Of a DNA stretch of 64,000 bases, positions 13,162-26,530 are shown one piece after another. The DNA comes from Macrostomum lignano. Its lineage: Eukaryota. Numbering within the stretch: position 1 is the first letter of the stretch; every line of letters starts with the position of its first letter. Made by a program: the position numbers and the translations under genes. Below the pieces are notes generated by a model, which was not told where the DNA came from, did no database searches, and saw only the letters and a program-made list of their open reading frames with translations. The stretch covers positions 248,001-312,000 of the forward strand of contig NIVC01000206.1 of NCBI GenBank assembly GCA_002269645.1, read 5' to 3'.

Positions 13162-15219
13162 TAGAAATAAAACATCATGACTCAATGAGGCGTAGAAGCC
13201 AGCGCCTCATCAGATCGAGCTGCCAAGGGTAGAGCTCATGAATTTGACCGCCGCCCTAGTGGTCTTGAGGTCTTGTAGTGCAGCTTTGATGCTTGCCAAG
13301 TTTGAGCCCAACTGGTTGGTTTTTGCTCGGAAAATTATCGATCGCACAAGCGGCTGGAACTCCACCGGTCGCAGAAACACGAACTGATTCATATTATCCA
13401 AATCGGAGCAGATGCCCATAAGACAATCGCCAGAGGAAGACCTGAAGTGGCAGTTATACTTCTCGGAGAAGAGTCTCAACTGCGACGCCAAGTTTCGAGG
13501 CAGCGCAAGCACACAAGCCGCACTGTGCATGCGGTGCAGCATCCGACAACATCAACCAGGTCCTTCTTCGCAGAAGCAGAACTCCGCTCTTTGCACCACT
13601 CGTCGTGTTCCAGTTGTCGTTCATGACAGCCAGACAGTTAATTTTCTTGAGGTCGCACTCCACGGACACCTTTGAAACTGCTTCAGCCAGGTGATAGAGG
13701 ACAACGATAATGAGATAGCTATATTTCGCTCCCTTGCTCGTCTCATCCAGATGCAATGCTTAACTGCGTACCCCTCCGCGTCTCTCATTCAGAAAGCAGA
13801 AAGACAGACACTGACAGACAGAATGGCAGGCAGACAGGCAACCGTGCAGACAGACAGAAAGGACAGTAATGACAGACTAAAATAAAGATCAGTTAGTTTA
13901 AAAGACATCTTTAATTAGTTGGCATTGCGGAATCCGCAAATTTCACTCTGTACCCGTCAGTTTTTCTTGTCATAAAAAGTCAAACGGAGACAGTCATTAG
14001 TCAGCAATGCAAAGGCTCCGTCTCGCACGCGACAGCATAAATTGCTGTCGAGGCGGGATATCAGCAGTCCTGCACGAGGCAGATCGAAGGCCCTCCTCTC
14101 TCGTCAGCAGGCTTCAAATGGATTGAAGAGAAAATTATCCCGGAATTAATTCCATCCCAGGAGTTCGCGCGCTTCGGTGAGCGCAATGAGTTTAGCTTAG
14201 TTTATTTTCACCTGTAGCTGTCCAGACTGCATGCCTGTCATCAGCCAACAGTGCCGGGTCTGTAGGAAGTAACCCCATAGCTACAAAGGTAGGCAAGGCC
14301 GACGCAGGAAGTGCGCCAGCGGATAATCTCGTCAGGCCTAATCAGGGTCGACTTCCGCGTCGGTTTCCACTTTCTTGAGGTGGTTGGAGGCTGTAAGCTC
14401 ATCTGCGATCTCGGGAAGCCCCGCATCAAGGGGATTAAGGCTAGATTGGATACCGGAGGGATAATGACAGACCGGGGGGCCCAGCTGATCAAGCGTATAT
14501 ACGAGACTAAAAAGGAATCTAAGAATTACTTTCCCTTTTCCACTCTCCTTTGCCGCTTCACCTGCCGCTCGTGGTCTTAATTATACAGAACACCAAAGCA
14601 GACTGCGCGCTGTCAAGGTGAAAGAATGCCCTGTTTTTTACTAGTTGAGTTGGGAGCACAGCAGCTTGCGTTGCAGCTGCTGCAGTTTGACGTCTGGCTC
14701 TCAGCAGACATGATTGTGGTGATAGCTCGGAGTGCGCCGCCCAGGGAGGTCCCCCAGCAGCGTCGCCAGCAGCTGTGTTGCTCTCTGAAAAGGAGAGTGT
14801 GATGGCCTGGGCTGGGGATCGCTCCGCAGCCCTGGCCATATGGTCTGCCGCTCCCACTGACTACGTTTGTTTGCACTCTGTTTGTTCCCCTCTCACTGAC
14901 TCACCGGAGTCACCCCTTCTGAACACTTCCCCCATGCTACGTATGCACCATTCGTACGCGTGTTCCATGCATCGTGGCACAGCGCGCCTGGCTATGTTGG
15001 GGCCCAGGAGCCCACAAATATATGGCAAAGCTAGACGATACGGTCTGGTTTACATCTCTTATTCCTGTCTGCCACTCGGGAGCCAATTCCCAGTGCATAG
15101 CGAATCAAGACTTCGTTCTCGAGTCATTACAGAGAGTTCAGCCCTGCGGGGGTGGTTCGGAGGTAGCGCATGAGCTGATTTAAATTTTCGGGTTTTTGCA
15201 CGCTTCAGTAATTGACGTG

Positions 15220-15600
15220 TGTTGGCCCGAGGCGAGTCTGGCTCACATGAAGAGCGGTTTTGTCACCGGAATTACAAAAACTACAATTGGCGTTGGTGGG
15301 TCCTGATCCACGCTTTGATGCGCGACTCGGGCACGAGAGGGGACCGGAGGCGCCAAATTCAGTAAGGTGTCGGCTAGCTCATTCCCTTGGATCCGTACAA
15401 GTCCTGGGGCCGGAACCCACCAGTTCTAGTGGTGCGTACAGACAGACGGGGAGACAGGGGAAGAAGCACTTCTTGAGAGCCTTTAGTTAGAGCGCCGTCA
15501 TCTTTTCTGATCGTGGCTAATTTGGACATTTTGTCCATCGTAATGGCCAAGCCTAGGAGTAGGTCTTCACCAAGTCTTGCGATCAAACTCATTGCAGAAT
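15220..15600 (-). mobile_element. Degraded non-LTR retrotransposon remnant (R1/LOA-like)
   Basis: Minus-strand peptides KLATIRKDDGALTKGSQEVLL (resembles the pre-RT linker) and NANCSFCNSGDKTALHV (resembles the C-terminal zinc knuckle), with the RT missing between them. Confidence 0.4.
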
Positions 15601-15744
15601 TGGTAGCGCCGCCATTTACATTCTAATTTCCTTGGCCTCGCGCCAAGACTTGGACTTGGGCCATGTCCTCCGGTTTTCATGACACGGCGGTTTTGTGTAC
15701 AAAAAAGTTTGCGGCTTGTCCTACGTTAAAAACTAGCAGTTAAC

Positions 15745-16045
15745 GACTCTCTCCCCTGTCTCCCTCTCTTCTCTCCCCTGTCTCCCACTCTTGTTTTCCT
15801 TGTCTCCCTCTCTTCTCTCCCCTGTCTCCCTCTCTTTTCTCCCCTGTCTCCCTCTCTTCTCTCCTTTGTCTCCCTCTCTTTTCTCCCTGTCTACTCTCTT
15901 CTTTCCCTGTCTACTCTCTTCTTTCCCTGTCTCCCTCTCTTCTCTCCCCTGTCTCCCTCTCCTCTCTCCCCTGTCTCCCTCTCTTCTTTCCCTGTCTACT
16001 CTCTTCTTTCCCTGTCTCCCTCTCTTCTCTCCCCTGTCTCCCTCT
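15745..16045 (+). repeat. 22-bp CT-rich minisatellite (tctcccctgtctccctctcttc)
   Basis: Direct inspection; reverse complement of the array at 17465-18260. Confidence 0.95.
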
Positions 16046-16099
16046 CATACTCGCGCACCCCTTCTCCCCATTATGTACATGTAAATCCATTCATGCAAA

Positions 16100-16410
16100 G
16101 GGGTTGTACTCGTAGCCTAGTAGGGGTTGCAGCCTAGTAGGGGTTGCAGCCTAGTAGGGGTTGCAGCCTAGTAGGGGTTGCAGCCTAGTAGGGGTTGCAG
16201 CCTAGTAGGGGTTGCAGCCTAGTAGGGGTTGCAGCCTAGTAGGGGTTGCAGCCTAGTAGCCTAGTGGTCAGAGCGTCGGACTCACGACTTGAAGGTCGGG
16301 GGTTCGATTCTAGACTCACTCGGAACAATTTGTGTCCTTGAGCAAGGCACTTAACTCTGCATTAGCTGGGGTAACTGAGGGTGTGTGGTGACTTTCGAAC
16401 ACACACAACT
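16100..16410 (+). mobile_element. tRNA-derived SINE with a CORE/V-like central domain and a tandemly amplified head
   Basis: A box tagcctagtgg, B box ggttcgattc, then gtgtccttgagcaaggcacttaac; 8 copies of the 17-mer gcctagtaggggttgca at 16115-16250. Confidence 0.75.
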
Positions 16411-17464
16411 AGTAGTGGATGTCAAATTATTGAAATGACAATCTTCTTTACATCGAAAATGTCAAAAGCCAATCGAAATGACTTTTTTTCTCTCTTGCGG
16501 TTCCTCCTCCTCGCAAAACGCTAGCAAAAAATATTGATGACAAGATACCCCGCCATTAACCAAGTAACCGGTTATACAAAGAGTCTTTGAAACAGGATAT
16601 TAAGAAGGGGGAGCAGAAAAATTCGCCCCATCAGTTGCTTTGAGCAGAAAAAAGCAGATTAAATGATAATTTTAAATACAAGGCCGGCCCACGTGAATTC
16701 AAATTTGTCTCTCGATCTGCGAGAAAACAGAAAGAAAATTTCCCTCTTTTAGTTAATTTAAAGTTCACGTCTGTAAATAATATATTGTCTGTCTAGTCCA
16801 GAAAGTTGTGTTATATAGGCATATGAGACAAACAATAAATGGCACAGCAAGATAGAGGAACAGAAAAAACACGATATCAGGATATGAGTTTTACTTATTA
16901 ATCTACTATCGTGATTCCGACAAATCATCAGGTTAGAGGAATGCAAAATTCACAGAAAATAAAACATAAAAAATAAAACTAATAAGTAAAACAAGTAGAG
17001 CTACTTCTAAAAAAGAGAGAATTTGAAACAGAGAAAATTTTGTAGTTTTTTTTCACTAAACAGAAAATGCTATAACTATATTTAAACAAATCTTCACCAT
17101 AAATATGCAATTAAACAGATAAACCATTATGCTCAATAAAGTACAAGACGAACTTTAATTAATTTACGCAAACATGTTTCTAATAGAAACTAGAGATCAT
17201 TTACAACAATAACAGACTTTTTAAAAAAAAAGCGAATAAAACGGCAATATGTAATTTTGATGTAACTAAATATAGGGCGTAGGAAAATCACAGAACACAG
17301 AGTGCTTGGATGGATCATAATAAAAGGCTAATATTGGTCATCATAGTGGCTGCCTGCTGTCTTATTAAAGACGGCGTTTTATCAGCGAGTATTTGTCACA
17401 GAGTGAATAAAAATTGGCACACAAATAAGACTTAAAAAAGAACAGCCTCTGAGTTAATATTAAA

Positions 17465-18260
17465 GAAGAGGGAGACAGGGGAGAGAGAGATGGAGACAGG
17501 GAACAGAAGAGAGGGAGACAGGGGAGAGAAGAGAGGGAGACAGGGTAGAGGAAGAGAGAGACAGGGAACAGAAGAGAGGGAGACAGGGGAGAGAAGAGAG
17601 GGAGACAGGGGAGAGGAAGAGAGAGACAGGGAACAGAAGAGAGGGAGACAGGGGAGAGAAGAGAGGGAGACAGGGGAGAGGAAGAGAGAGACAGGGAACA
17701 GAAGAGAGGGAGACAGGGAAGAGAAGAGGGAGACAGGGGAGAGAAGAGAGGGAGACAGGGGAGAGAAGAGAGGGAGACAAAGGAGAGAAGAGAGGGAGAC
17801 AGGGGAGAGAAGAGAGGGAGACAAAGGAGAGAGGAGAGGGAGACAGGGGAGAGAAGAGAGGGAGACAGGGGAGAGAAGAGAGGGAGACAGGGTAGAGGAA
17901 GAGAGAGACAGGGAACAGAAGAGAGGGAGACAGGGAAGAGAAGAGGGAGACAGGGGAGAGAAGAGAGGGAGACAGGGGAGAGAAGAGAGGGAGACAAAGG
18001 AGAGAGGAGAGGGAGACAGGGGAGAGAAGAGAGGGAGACAAAGGAGAGAAGAGAGGGAGACAGGGGAGAGAAGAGAGAGAGACAAAGGAGAGAAGAGAGG
18101 GAGACAGGGGAGAGAAGAGAGGGAGACAAAGGAGAGAGGAGAGGGAGACAGGGGAGAGAAGAGAGGGAGACAGGGGAGAGAAGAGAGGGAGACAGGGGAG
18201 AGAAGAGAGGGAGACAGGGGAGAGAAGAGAGGGAGACAGGGGAGAGAAGAGAGGGAGACA
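17465..18260 (-). repeat. 22-bp GA-rich minisatellite immediately 3' of the TM9SF3 stop
   Basis: gagagggagacaggggagagaa units. Confidence 0.95.
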
Positions 18261-18315
18261 GTGGAGCGAAGAGAGGGAGACCGAAAAGAAGAGAAGAGCA
18301 GAGGCAGAGAGCAGT

Positions 18316-21300
18316 TCAGTCAGTCTTCACATTAGCATAGATAGTTCTAACAAACAGGCTAGCGGCAAGGAAGCCAACAGCCCCGCAAATGAGAGCTAAG
18401 CCGGAGCAGAACAGAGCCATGAAACTAAAATAAAACGCAGTCTGATACAGGCCGTACATCCGAGTCTTGAAGAAGAAATAGTACACAGCGTAGACGTACA
18501 AATACACGGCCGTAGACGCGCCAGCCATAAAAGAACACCATTGCCAGCGATAGTCCTCGGAGTTCAATAAGAAATAGACGCACACAATAGTAACGCAGGC
18601 CGTGGCACAGAGTAGCAAGGCGAAAGCTAGAAAGCTAAATCCGTACACATAGTAGATTTTGTACGCCCAGAATGAGGTGAACACGTAGTACATTTCTACG
18701 AAAATTGAAGCGAACGGCAGTAGGCCGCCTAATAGGCAAATAATTAGCGGTTCCGCTAAGCAGTGACGCTTCTCGGGCAGTGGCCTGTAATTGACAGGGA
18801 GAGACTGTTAGCCATGGTTTCCCAGAGACAGTATCTGCAGTAGAAGGCTGTTAGCGATGATGGTTTCCACACACCTATAGGTTTAAACAAACTCTCTACG
18901 ATAAACCAAAATGGGATAAACACACCAAGATAAACCAAAATGGGATAAACACACCAAGATAAACCAAAATGGGATAAACACACCAAGATAAACCAAAATC
19001 GGATAAACACACCAAGATAAACCAAAATCGGATAAACACACCAAGATAAACCAAAATCGGATAAACACACCAAGATAAACCAAAATCGGATAAACACACC
19101 AATATAAACCAGAATAGGATAAACACACCAAGATAAAACAGAATAGGATAAACACACCAAGATAAACCAAAATCGGATAAACACACCAAGATAAACAAGA
19201 ATGGGATAAACACACCAAGATAAACCAAAATCGGATAAACACACCAATATAAACCAGAATAGGATAAACACACCAAGATAAACCAGAATAGGATAAACAC
19301 ACCAAGATAAACCACAATGGGATAAACACACCAAGATAAACCAGAATAGGATAAACACCTTAAGATAAACCAGAATAGGATAAACACACCAAGATAAACC
19401 ACAATGGGATAAACACACCAAGATAAACCACAATGGGATAAACACACCAAGATAAACAAGAATGGGATAAACGCACCAATATAAACCACAATGGGATAAA
19501 CACACCAAGATAAACAAGAATGGGATAAACACACCAATATAAACCACAATGGGATAAACACACCAAGATAAACCACAATGGGATAAACACACCAAGATAA
19601 ACAAGAATGGGATAAACACACCAAGATAAACCACAATGAGATAAACACACCAAGATAAACCAGAATGGGATAAACACACCAAGATAAACCAAAATCGGAT
19701 AAACACACCAAGATAAACAAGAATGGGATAAACACACCAAGATAAACCAGAATAGGATAAACACACCAAGATAAACCACAATGGGATAAACACACCAAGA
19801 TAAACCAGAATAGGATAAACACATCAAGATAAACCAGAATAGGATAAACACACCAAGATAAACCACAATGGGATAAACACACCAAGATAAACAAGAATGG
19901 GATAAACACACCAAGATAAACCACAATGGGATAAACACACCAAGATAAACCAAAATCGGATAAACACACCAAGATAAACCAGAATAGGATAAACACACCA
20001 AGATAAACCAGAATAGGATAAACACACCAAGATAAACCACAATGGGATAAACACACCAAGATAACCCAGAATAGGATTAACACATCAAGATAAACCAGAA
20101 TAGGATAAACACACCAAGATAAACCACAATGGGATAAGCGCACCAAGATAAACCACAATGGGATAAACACACCAAGATAAACAAGAATGGGATAAACACA
20201 CCAAGATAAACAAGAATGGGATAAACACACCAAGATAAACCACAATGGGATAAACACACCAAGATAAACCAGAATGGGATAAACACACCAAGATAAACCA
20301 AAATCGGATAAACACACCAAGATAAACAAGAATGGGATAAACACACCAAGATAAACCAAAATCGGATAAACACACTAAGATAAACAAGAATGGGATAAAC
20401 ATACCAAGATAAACCAGAATAGGATAAACACATCAAGATAAACCAGAATAGGATAAACACACCAAGATAAACCAGAATAGGATAAACACACCAAGATAAA
20501 CCAAAATCGGATAAATACACCAAGATAAACAAGAATGGGATAAACACACCAAGATAAACCAGAATAGGATAAACACATCAAGATAAACCAGAATAGGATA
20601 AACACACCAAGATAAACCAGAATAGGATAAACACACCAAGATAAATCACAATGGGATAAAGACACCAAGATAAACCAGAATAGGATAAACACACCAAGAT
20701 AAACCAGAATGGGATAAACACACCAAGATAAACCACAATGGGATAAACACACCATGATAAACAAGAATGGGATAAACACACCAATATAAACCACAATGGG
20801 ATAAACACACCAAGATAAACAAGAATGGGATAAACACACCAATATAAACCACAATGGGATAAACACACCAAGATAAACCAGAATAGGATAAACACATCAA
20901 GATAAACCAGAATAGGATAAACACACCAAGATAAACCAGAATAGGATAAACACACCAAGATAAATCACAATGGGATAAACACACCAAGATAAACCAGAAT
21001 AGGATAAACACATCAAGATAAACCAGAATAGGATAAACACACCAAGATAAACCAGAATAGGATAAACACACCAAGATAAATCACAATGGGATAAAGACAC
21101 CAAGATAAACCAGAATAGGATAAACACACCAAGATAAACCAGAATGGGATAAACACACCAAGATAAACCACAATGGGATAAACACACCATGATAAACAAG
21201 AATGGGATAAACACACCAATATAAACCACAATGGGATAAACACACCAAGATAAACAAGAATGGGATAAACACACCAATATAAACCACAATGGGATAAACA

Positions 21301-24300
21301 CACCAAGATAAACCAGAATAGGATAAACACATCAAGATAAACCAGAATAGGATAAACACACCAAGATAAACCAGAATAGGATAAACACACCAAGATAAAT
21401 CACAATGGGATAAACACACCAAGATAAACCAGAATAGGATAAACACACCAAGATAAACCAGAATGGGATAAACACACCAAGATAAACCAGAATGGGATAA
21501 ACACATCAAGATAAATCAGAATAGGATAAACACAATTAAATATGCAAGATACGAGTACTAGGATAAGCAAAACAAATCAGTATTAAACAGAAGGGACATA
21601 ACCCAGACCGCTCACCTGGGCACAGCATTGAGCCTGCAGGGCAGTTTAGAAGGCCGACCGCACAGATTCCTACCCAGCAGAGTGCCAATTAGGCTCAACG
21701 GTAGCAGAGCGAATGTGACAATAGCCAGCACTGATAGGCCTTGACTCGGCGTTAAGCTGCGCGACGAATGATAGCCCACAGCAACCAGGTTAACAGGGAA
21801 AGCCACGCCGCAGATCAGGCTGGGCGGCAGCAGAGCCTGAGCGACACCCTGACGAATCCAACGCGGAGACGCAGCCTGACCATTATTGCTACTACTACTA
21901 GTAGCAGTTGACGCTAAATAAAATCTCGAATATAAAGCTGCGCCAACGAATCCGCCGATAGGCGACGACGCCGAATAGAGGAAGATCGCGGCCGAGACCA
22001 GGCCGGCCCGTTCGCCGTTCATGTCGACGGACATGGCTAGCAGAATGAGGCACAATACTACAAAGGACAGCTGCACGCCCGACCCCACTAGGATGGAGAA
22101 GGTTGTCGGCTGCGCCGGTGGACGAAACACATCGCCGTACACCTGTGGGGGGAGATTTCGGTCCCGTGACAGGCTTTATTGGTACCTCAAGGGCGATCAT
22201 CCGATGGACAGGGGAATCTTAGGGGAGATTCTGTCAGGTGGGAATCTCATGGGGGAGATTCTCTCTCAGGTGGGACTCTCATAGGGGCAATTCTCTCTCA
22301 GGTGGGAGTCTCATAGCGGAGATTGTCTCTCTCAGGTGGGAGTCTCATAGCGGAGATTGTCTCTCTCAGGTGGGAACTCATAGTGGAGATTGTCTCTCTC
22401 TCAGGTGGGAGTCTCATAGTGGAGATTGTCTCTCTCTCAGGTGGGAGTCTCATAGTGGAGATTGTCTCTCTCTCAGGTGGGAGTCTCATATAGGGGAGAT
22501 TCTCTCTCAGATGGGAGTCTCATAGGGGAGATTCTCTCTGAGTTGGGAATCTCATAGGGGAGCTTCTCTCTCAGTTGGAAATCTCATAGGGGAGATTCTC
22601 TCTTAGGTGGGAGTCTCATAGGGAGCTTCTCTCTCAGTTGGGAGTCTCATAGGGGAGATTCTCTCTCAGGTGAAAGCTTCATAGGAGAGATTCTCTCAGG
22701 TGGACTCTCATAGGGGATTCTCTCAGATGGTACACCCCAATATCCCAGAGTGAAAAAACGAACCTGTTTCCAACCGAATTCGTCGCTAAAGCTCCGCTCC
22801 AGTTCCCATTGGCTTTCCTCGGCTCGGCTATACCTAGAGTAGTCACGTCTGAGCAGTCTGGTGAGCAGGAAAGCTACCAGGCACACTAGGAAAGCGGCCA
22901 TAGCGAAGCTGTTGCACAACGAGAACCAGTGAATGTGATGGTGAAAGAAGCTCGGGTCCAAGTACTTGTCAAAGCGTTTGTCGAACGGCACGTCCGACTG
23001 ACGGAAAATCACCTTTTTTATTTTTAGGGTGCGGGAGGGGCAGGTTTTGAAGGCTGGAAATTAATTGCATAAAAATTGTGACCGATGACTGTAAGACTCC
23101 GCTTAGTAGGAAAATGAAAATCTAATTTTGCTGAAATATCGATTGAGAAACCGGCATTAGACGATAATCTCGCTTTGGAGATTTATAAGATAGATAATTT
23201 CACCACGGATATTGACAGATAATTTCACCACGGATATTGACTGATAATTTCACCACGGATATTGACAGATAATTTCACCACGGATATTGACAGATAATTT
23301 CACCACGGATATTGACTGATAATTTCACCACGGATATTGACAGATAATTTCACCACGGATATTGACAGATAATTTCACCACGGATATTGACAGATAATTT
23401 CACCACGGATATTGACAGATAATTTCACCACGGATATTGACAGATAATTTCACCACGGATATTGACAGATAATTTCACCACGGATATTGACAGATAATTT
23501 CACCACGGATATTGACAGATAATTTCACCACGGATATTGACAGATAATTTCACCACGGATATTGACAGATAATCTCACCCTAGACATTACAGACTGGTGT
23601 TCCACCCCAAAGTTTATAGACTGATAATCTCACCCTAGACATTACAGACTGGTGTTCCACCCCAAAGTTTATAGACTGATAATCTCAGCCTAGAGATTAC
23701 AGACTGGTGTTCCACCCCAAAGTTTATAGACTGATAATCTCAGCCTAGAGATTACGGACTGGTGTTCCACCCCAAAGTTTATAGACTGATAATCTCAGCC
23801 TAGAGATTACAGACTGGTGTTCCACCCCAAAGTTTATAGACTGATAATCTCAGCCTAGAGATTACGGACTGGTGTCCCACCCTAGAGGTAAGAGACTGAT
23901 AATCTCACCCTAAATATTAGACTGATAATCTCACCCAAAAGGTAACAGACAGATAACCTCACCCCAGAGATAACGGACAGATAATCTCACCCAAGAGATA
24001 ACGGACAGATAATCTCACCCAAGAGATAACGGACAGATAATCTCACCCCAGAGAAAACGGACAGATAATCTCACCCGAGATAACGGACAGATAATCTCAC
24101 CCCAGAGAAAACGGACAGATAATCTCACCCGAGATAACGGACAGATAATCTCACCCCAGAGAAAACGGACAGATAATCTCACCCGAGATAACGGACAGAC
24201 AACCTCACCCAAGAGATAACGGACAGATAATCTCACCCCAGAGATAACGGACAGATAATCTAACCCTAGAAGAAACAGACAGATAATCTAACCCTAGAAG

Positions 24301-25583
24301 AAACAGACAGATAATCTCACCCCAGAAGAAACAGACAGATAATCTCACCCCAGAAGAAACAGACAGATAATCTCACCCCAGAGAAAACGGACAGAATATC
24401 TCACCCCAGAGAAAACGGACAGAATATCTCACCCCAGAGAAAACGGACAGAATATCTCACCCCAGAGAAAACGGACAGATAATCTCACCCCAGAGAAAAC
24501 GGACAGATAATCTCACCCCAGAAGAAACAGACAGATAATCTCACCCCAGAGAAAACGGACAGAATATCTCACCCCAGAGAAAACGGACAGAATATCTCAC
24601 CCCAGAGAAAACGGACAGAATATCTCACCCCAGAGAAAACGGACAGATAATCTCACCCCAGAAGAAACAGACAGATAATCTCACCCCAGAGAAAACGGAC
24701 AGAATATCTCACCCCAGAGAAAACGGACAGATAATCTGACCCCAGAAGAAACAGACAGATAATCTGACCCCAGAAGAAACAGACAGATAATCTGACCCCA
24801 GAGAAAACGGACAGATAATCTCACCCCAGAAGAAACAGACAGATAATCTCACCCCAGAGAAAACGGACAGATAATCTCACCCCAGAAGAAACGGACAGAT
24901 AATCTCAACCCTGAGACTGAAATTTTATCCTAGACAATCTTATTTGGCACAGAACTCGCTCACTTCCAACCCCCAGGTGAACAGACCTCGTAGGAAAAGG
25001 CAATCCGAGCCCCAGGCCTGATAAGCCGCTTCGCTGCGCTAGTGAGATTGACGTCTACAATTTGACCGTTATTAATGCCGATTTGAAAGCGCTTATGCGT
25101 CCACAAGTAGTATCTGTCTGAGTCGGACTCGCTAACCTCTCCAACAATGCCCCAGACTGGTAGGTCGTCAATAAACAGCTGATACCAATACTGATTTTGC
25201 ACGGCATAGATTAGCTGCTGAGCAGTGTCCTCAGTCAGCACAATTCTGCAGTAGGTTGTCCGCCTAACTGGCATGTTAAAATCGATATCTAGGCCGGCTA
25301 GTTCGAGTTCAACGCCTTGAAACGCTTCGCCAAGTGTTTCGTGATAATGCGCAATGCCTTCTTTAGGGCCTCGGCAGAATGGCAATGAGAAATAGGAATA
25401 AGTCTCCTGCCGATTGTGGTATGGGCCGACAGTGTTCATCCAGACCACCACCTCTTCTCCGTCTTCGTACACGTGATTGTGCTCATCGGCTGAGACTAGC
25501 GGCGCTAATGATAGCCACAGATAAATACAAAACAGAAGCCATGTAAGAAATGCGATTCGTTGCTTTAATTCACTACTGGCCAT
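18316..25583 (-). CDS. TM9SF3: Transmembrane 9 superfamily member 3; exons 25583-24987, 23012-22764, 22142-21616, 18784-18316; about 613 aa
   Basis: Signal peptide, then [43 protein letters not shown]|[18 protein letters not shown]|[36 protein letters not shown] and a C-terminal VKTD. All junctions are GT-AG and in phase. Confidence 0.95.
18895..21535. repeat. 29-bp minisatellite, about 90 copies, filling TM9SF3 intron 3
   Basis: gggataaacacaccaagataaaccaaaat and variants. Confidence 0.97.
22240..22720. repeat. About 30-33-bp minisatellite in TM9SF3 intron 2
   Basis: ctcataggggagattctctctcaggtgggagt-like units. Confidence 0.9.
23190..24900. repeat. Compound minisatellite in TM9SF3 intron 1 (25-bp, 55-bp and about 28-bp blocks)
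   Basis: Periods read directly (23193/23218; 23568/23623); shared core gataatytcacc. Confidence 0.95.
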
Positions 25584-25699
25584 ATCAAGTAGTAGCAGTC
25601 AGTGTGGTCCGGCTGGGCCAGTCTTGAAATCTGAAACCAGCAGGTTAGCTGCTTTGCATGCTGGTAACCATTTTAACACTGCCTTCCTCTTCTCCTTAC

Positions 25700-26530
25700 A
25701 TCCCAGATCCCCCTGCATCCCTGATCCCCCTGCATCCCTGATCCCCCTGCATCCCAGATCCCCCTGCATCCCTGATCCCCTGCATCCCAGACCCCCTGCA
25801 TCCCAGACCCCTGCATCCCTGATCCCCCTGCATCCCAGATCCCCCTGCATCCCTGATCCCCCTGCATCCCTGATCCCCTGCATCCCAGATCCCCCTGCAT
25901 CCCAGATCCCCCTGCATCCCAGATCCCCCTGCATCCCTGATCCCCTGCATCCCAGATCCCCCTGCATCCCAGACCCCCTGCATCCCAGATCCCCCTGCAT
26001 CCCTGATCCCCCTGCATCCCAGATCCCCCTGCATCCCAGATCCCCCTGCATCCCAGATCCCCCTGCATCCCAGATCCCCTGCATCCCAGATCCCCCTGCA
26101 TCCCAGATCCCCTGCATCCCAGATCCCCCTGCATCCCAGATCCCCTTGCATCCCAGATCCCCTGCATCCCAGACCCCCCTGCATCGCAGATCCCCCTGCA
26201 TCCCAGATCTCCCTGCATCTCTGATCCCTCACAATCCTGATCCCCTCACAATCATGATACCTTCACATCCCTGATCCCCTCAAATCCCTGATCCCCCTAC
26301 ATCCTCGATCCCCTCACATTCCTGATCCCCTCACATCCCTGATCCCCTCAAATCCCTGATCCCCCTACATCCTCGATCCCCTCACATTCCTGATCCCCTC
26401 ACATTCCTGATCCCCTCATATTCCTGATCCCCTCATATTCCTGATCCCCTCATATTCCTGATCCCCTCACAATCCTGATCTCCTCACATTCCTGATCCCC
26501 TCACAATCCTGAACCCCTTACATCCCTGGC
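25700..26530. repeat. 17-18-bp minisatellite just upstream of the TM9SF3 ATG
   Basis: ccctgcatcccagatcc units grading into cacattcctgatcccct. Confidence 0.95.

Noticed and set aside
12260-14520. Possible decayed gene fragments (e.g. VFGWDRLPLQQVCECL on the minus strand; ORFs 13210-13756 and 14311-14580)
   Set aside because: Protein-like, but I could not assign a family or a consistent splice structure; needs BLASTX.
16255-16330. tRNA gene
   Set aside because: It has A and B boxes but no acceptor-stem pairing, and continues into a SINE central domain.
18756-21509. Many hydrophobic Cys/Trp-rich ORFs
   Set aside because: They come from the 29-bp array inside TM9SF3 intron 3; the period is not a multiple of three, so frames rotate.
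25599-26274. Collagen-like or elastin-like Gly-rich ORFs
   Set aside because: A 17-18-bp repeat with no Gly-X-Y register and no gene context.
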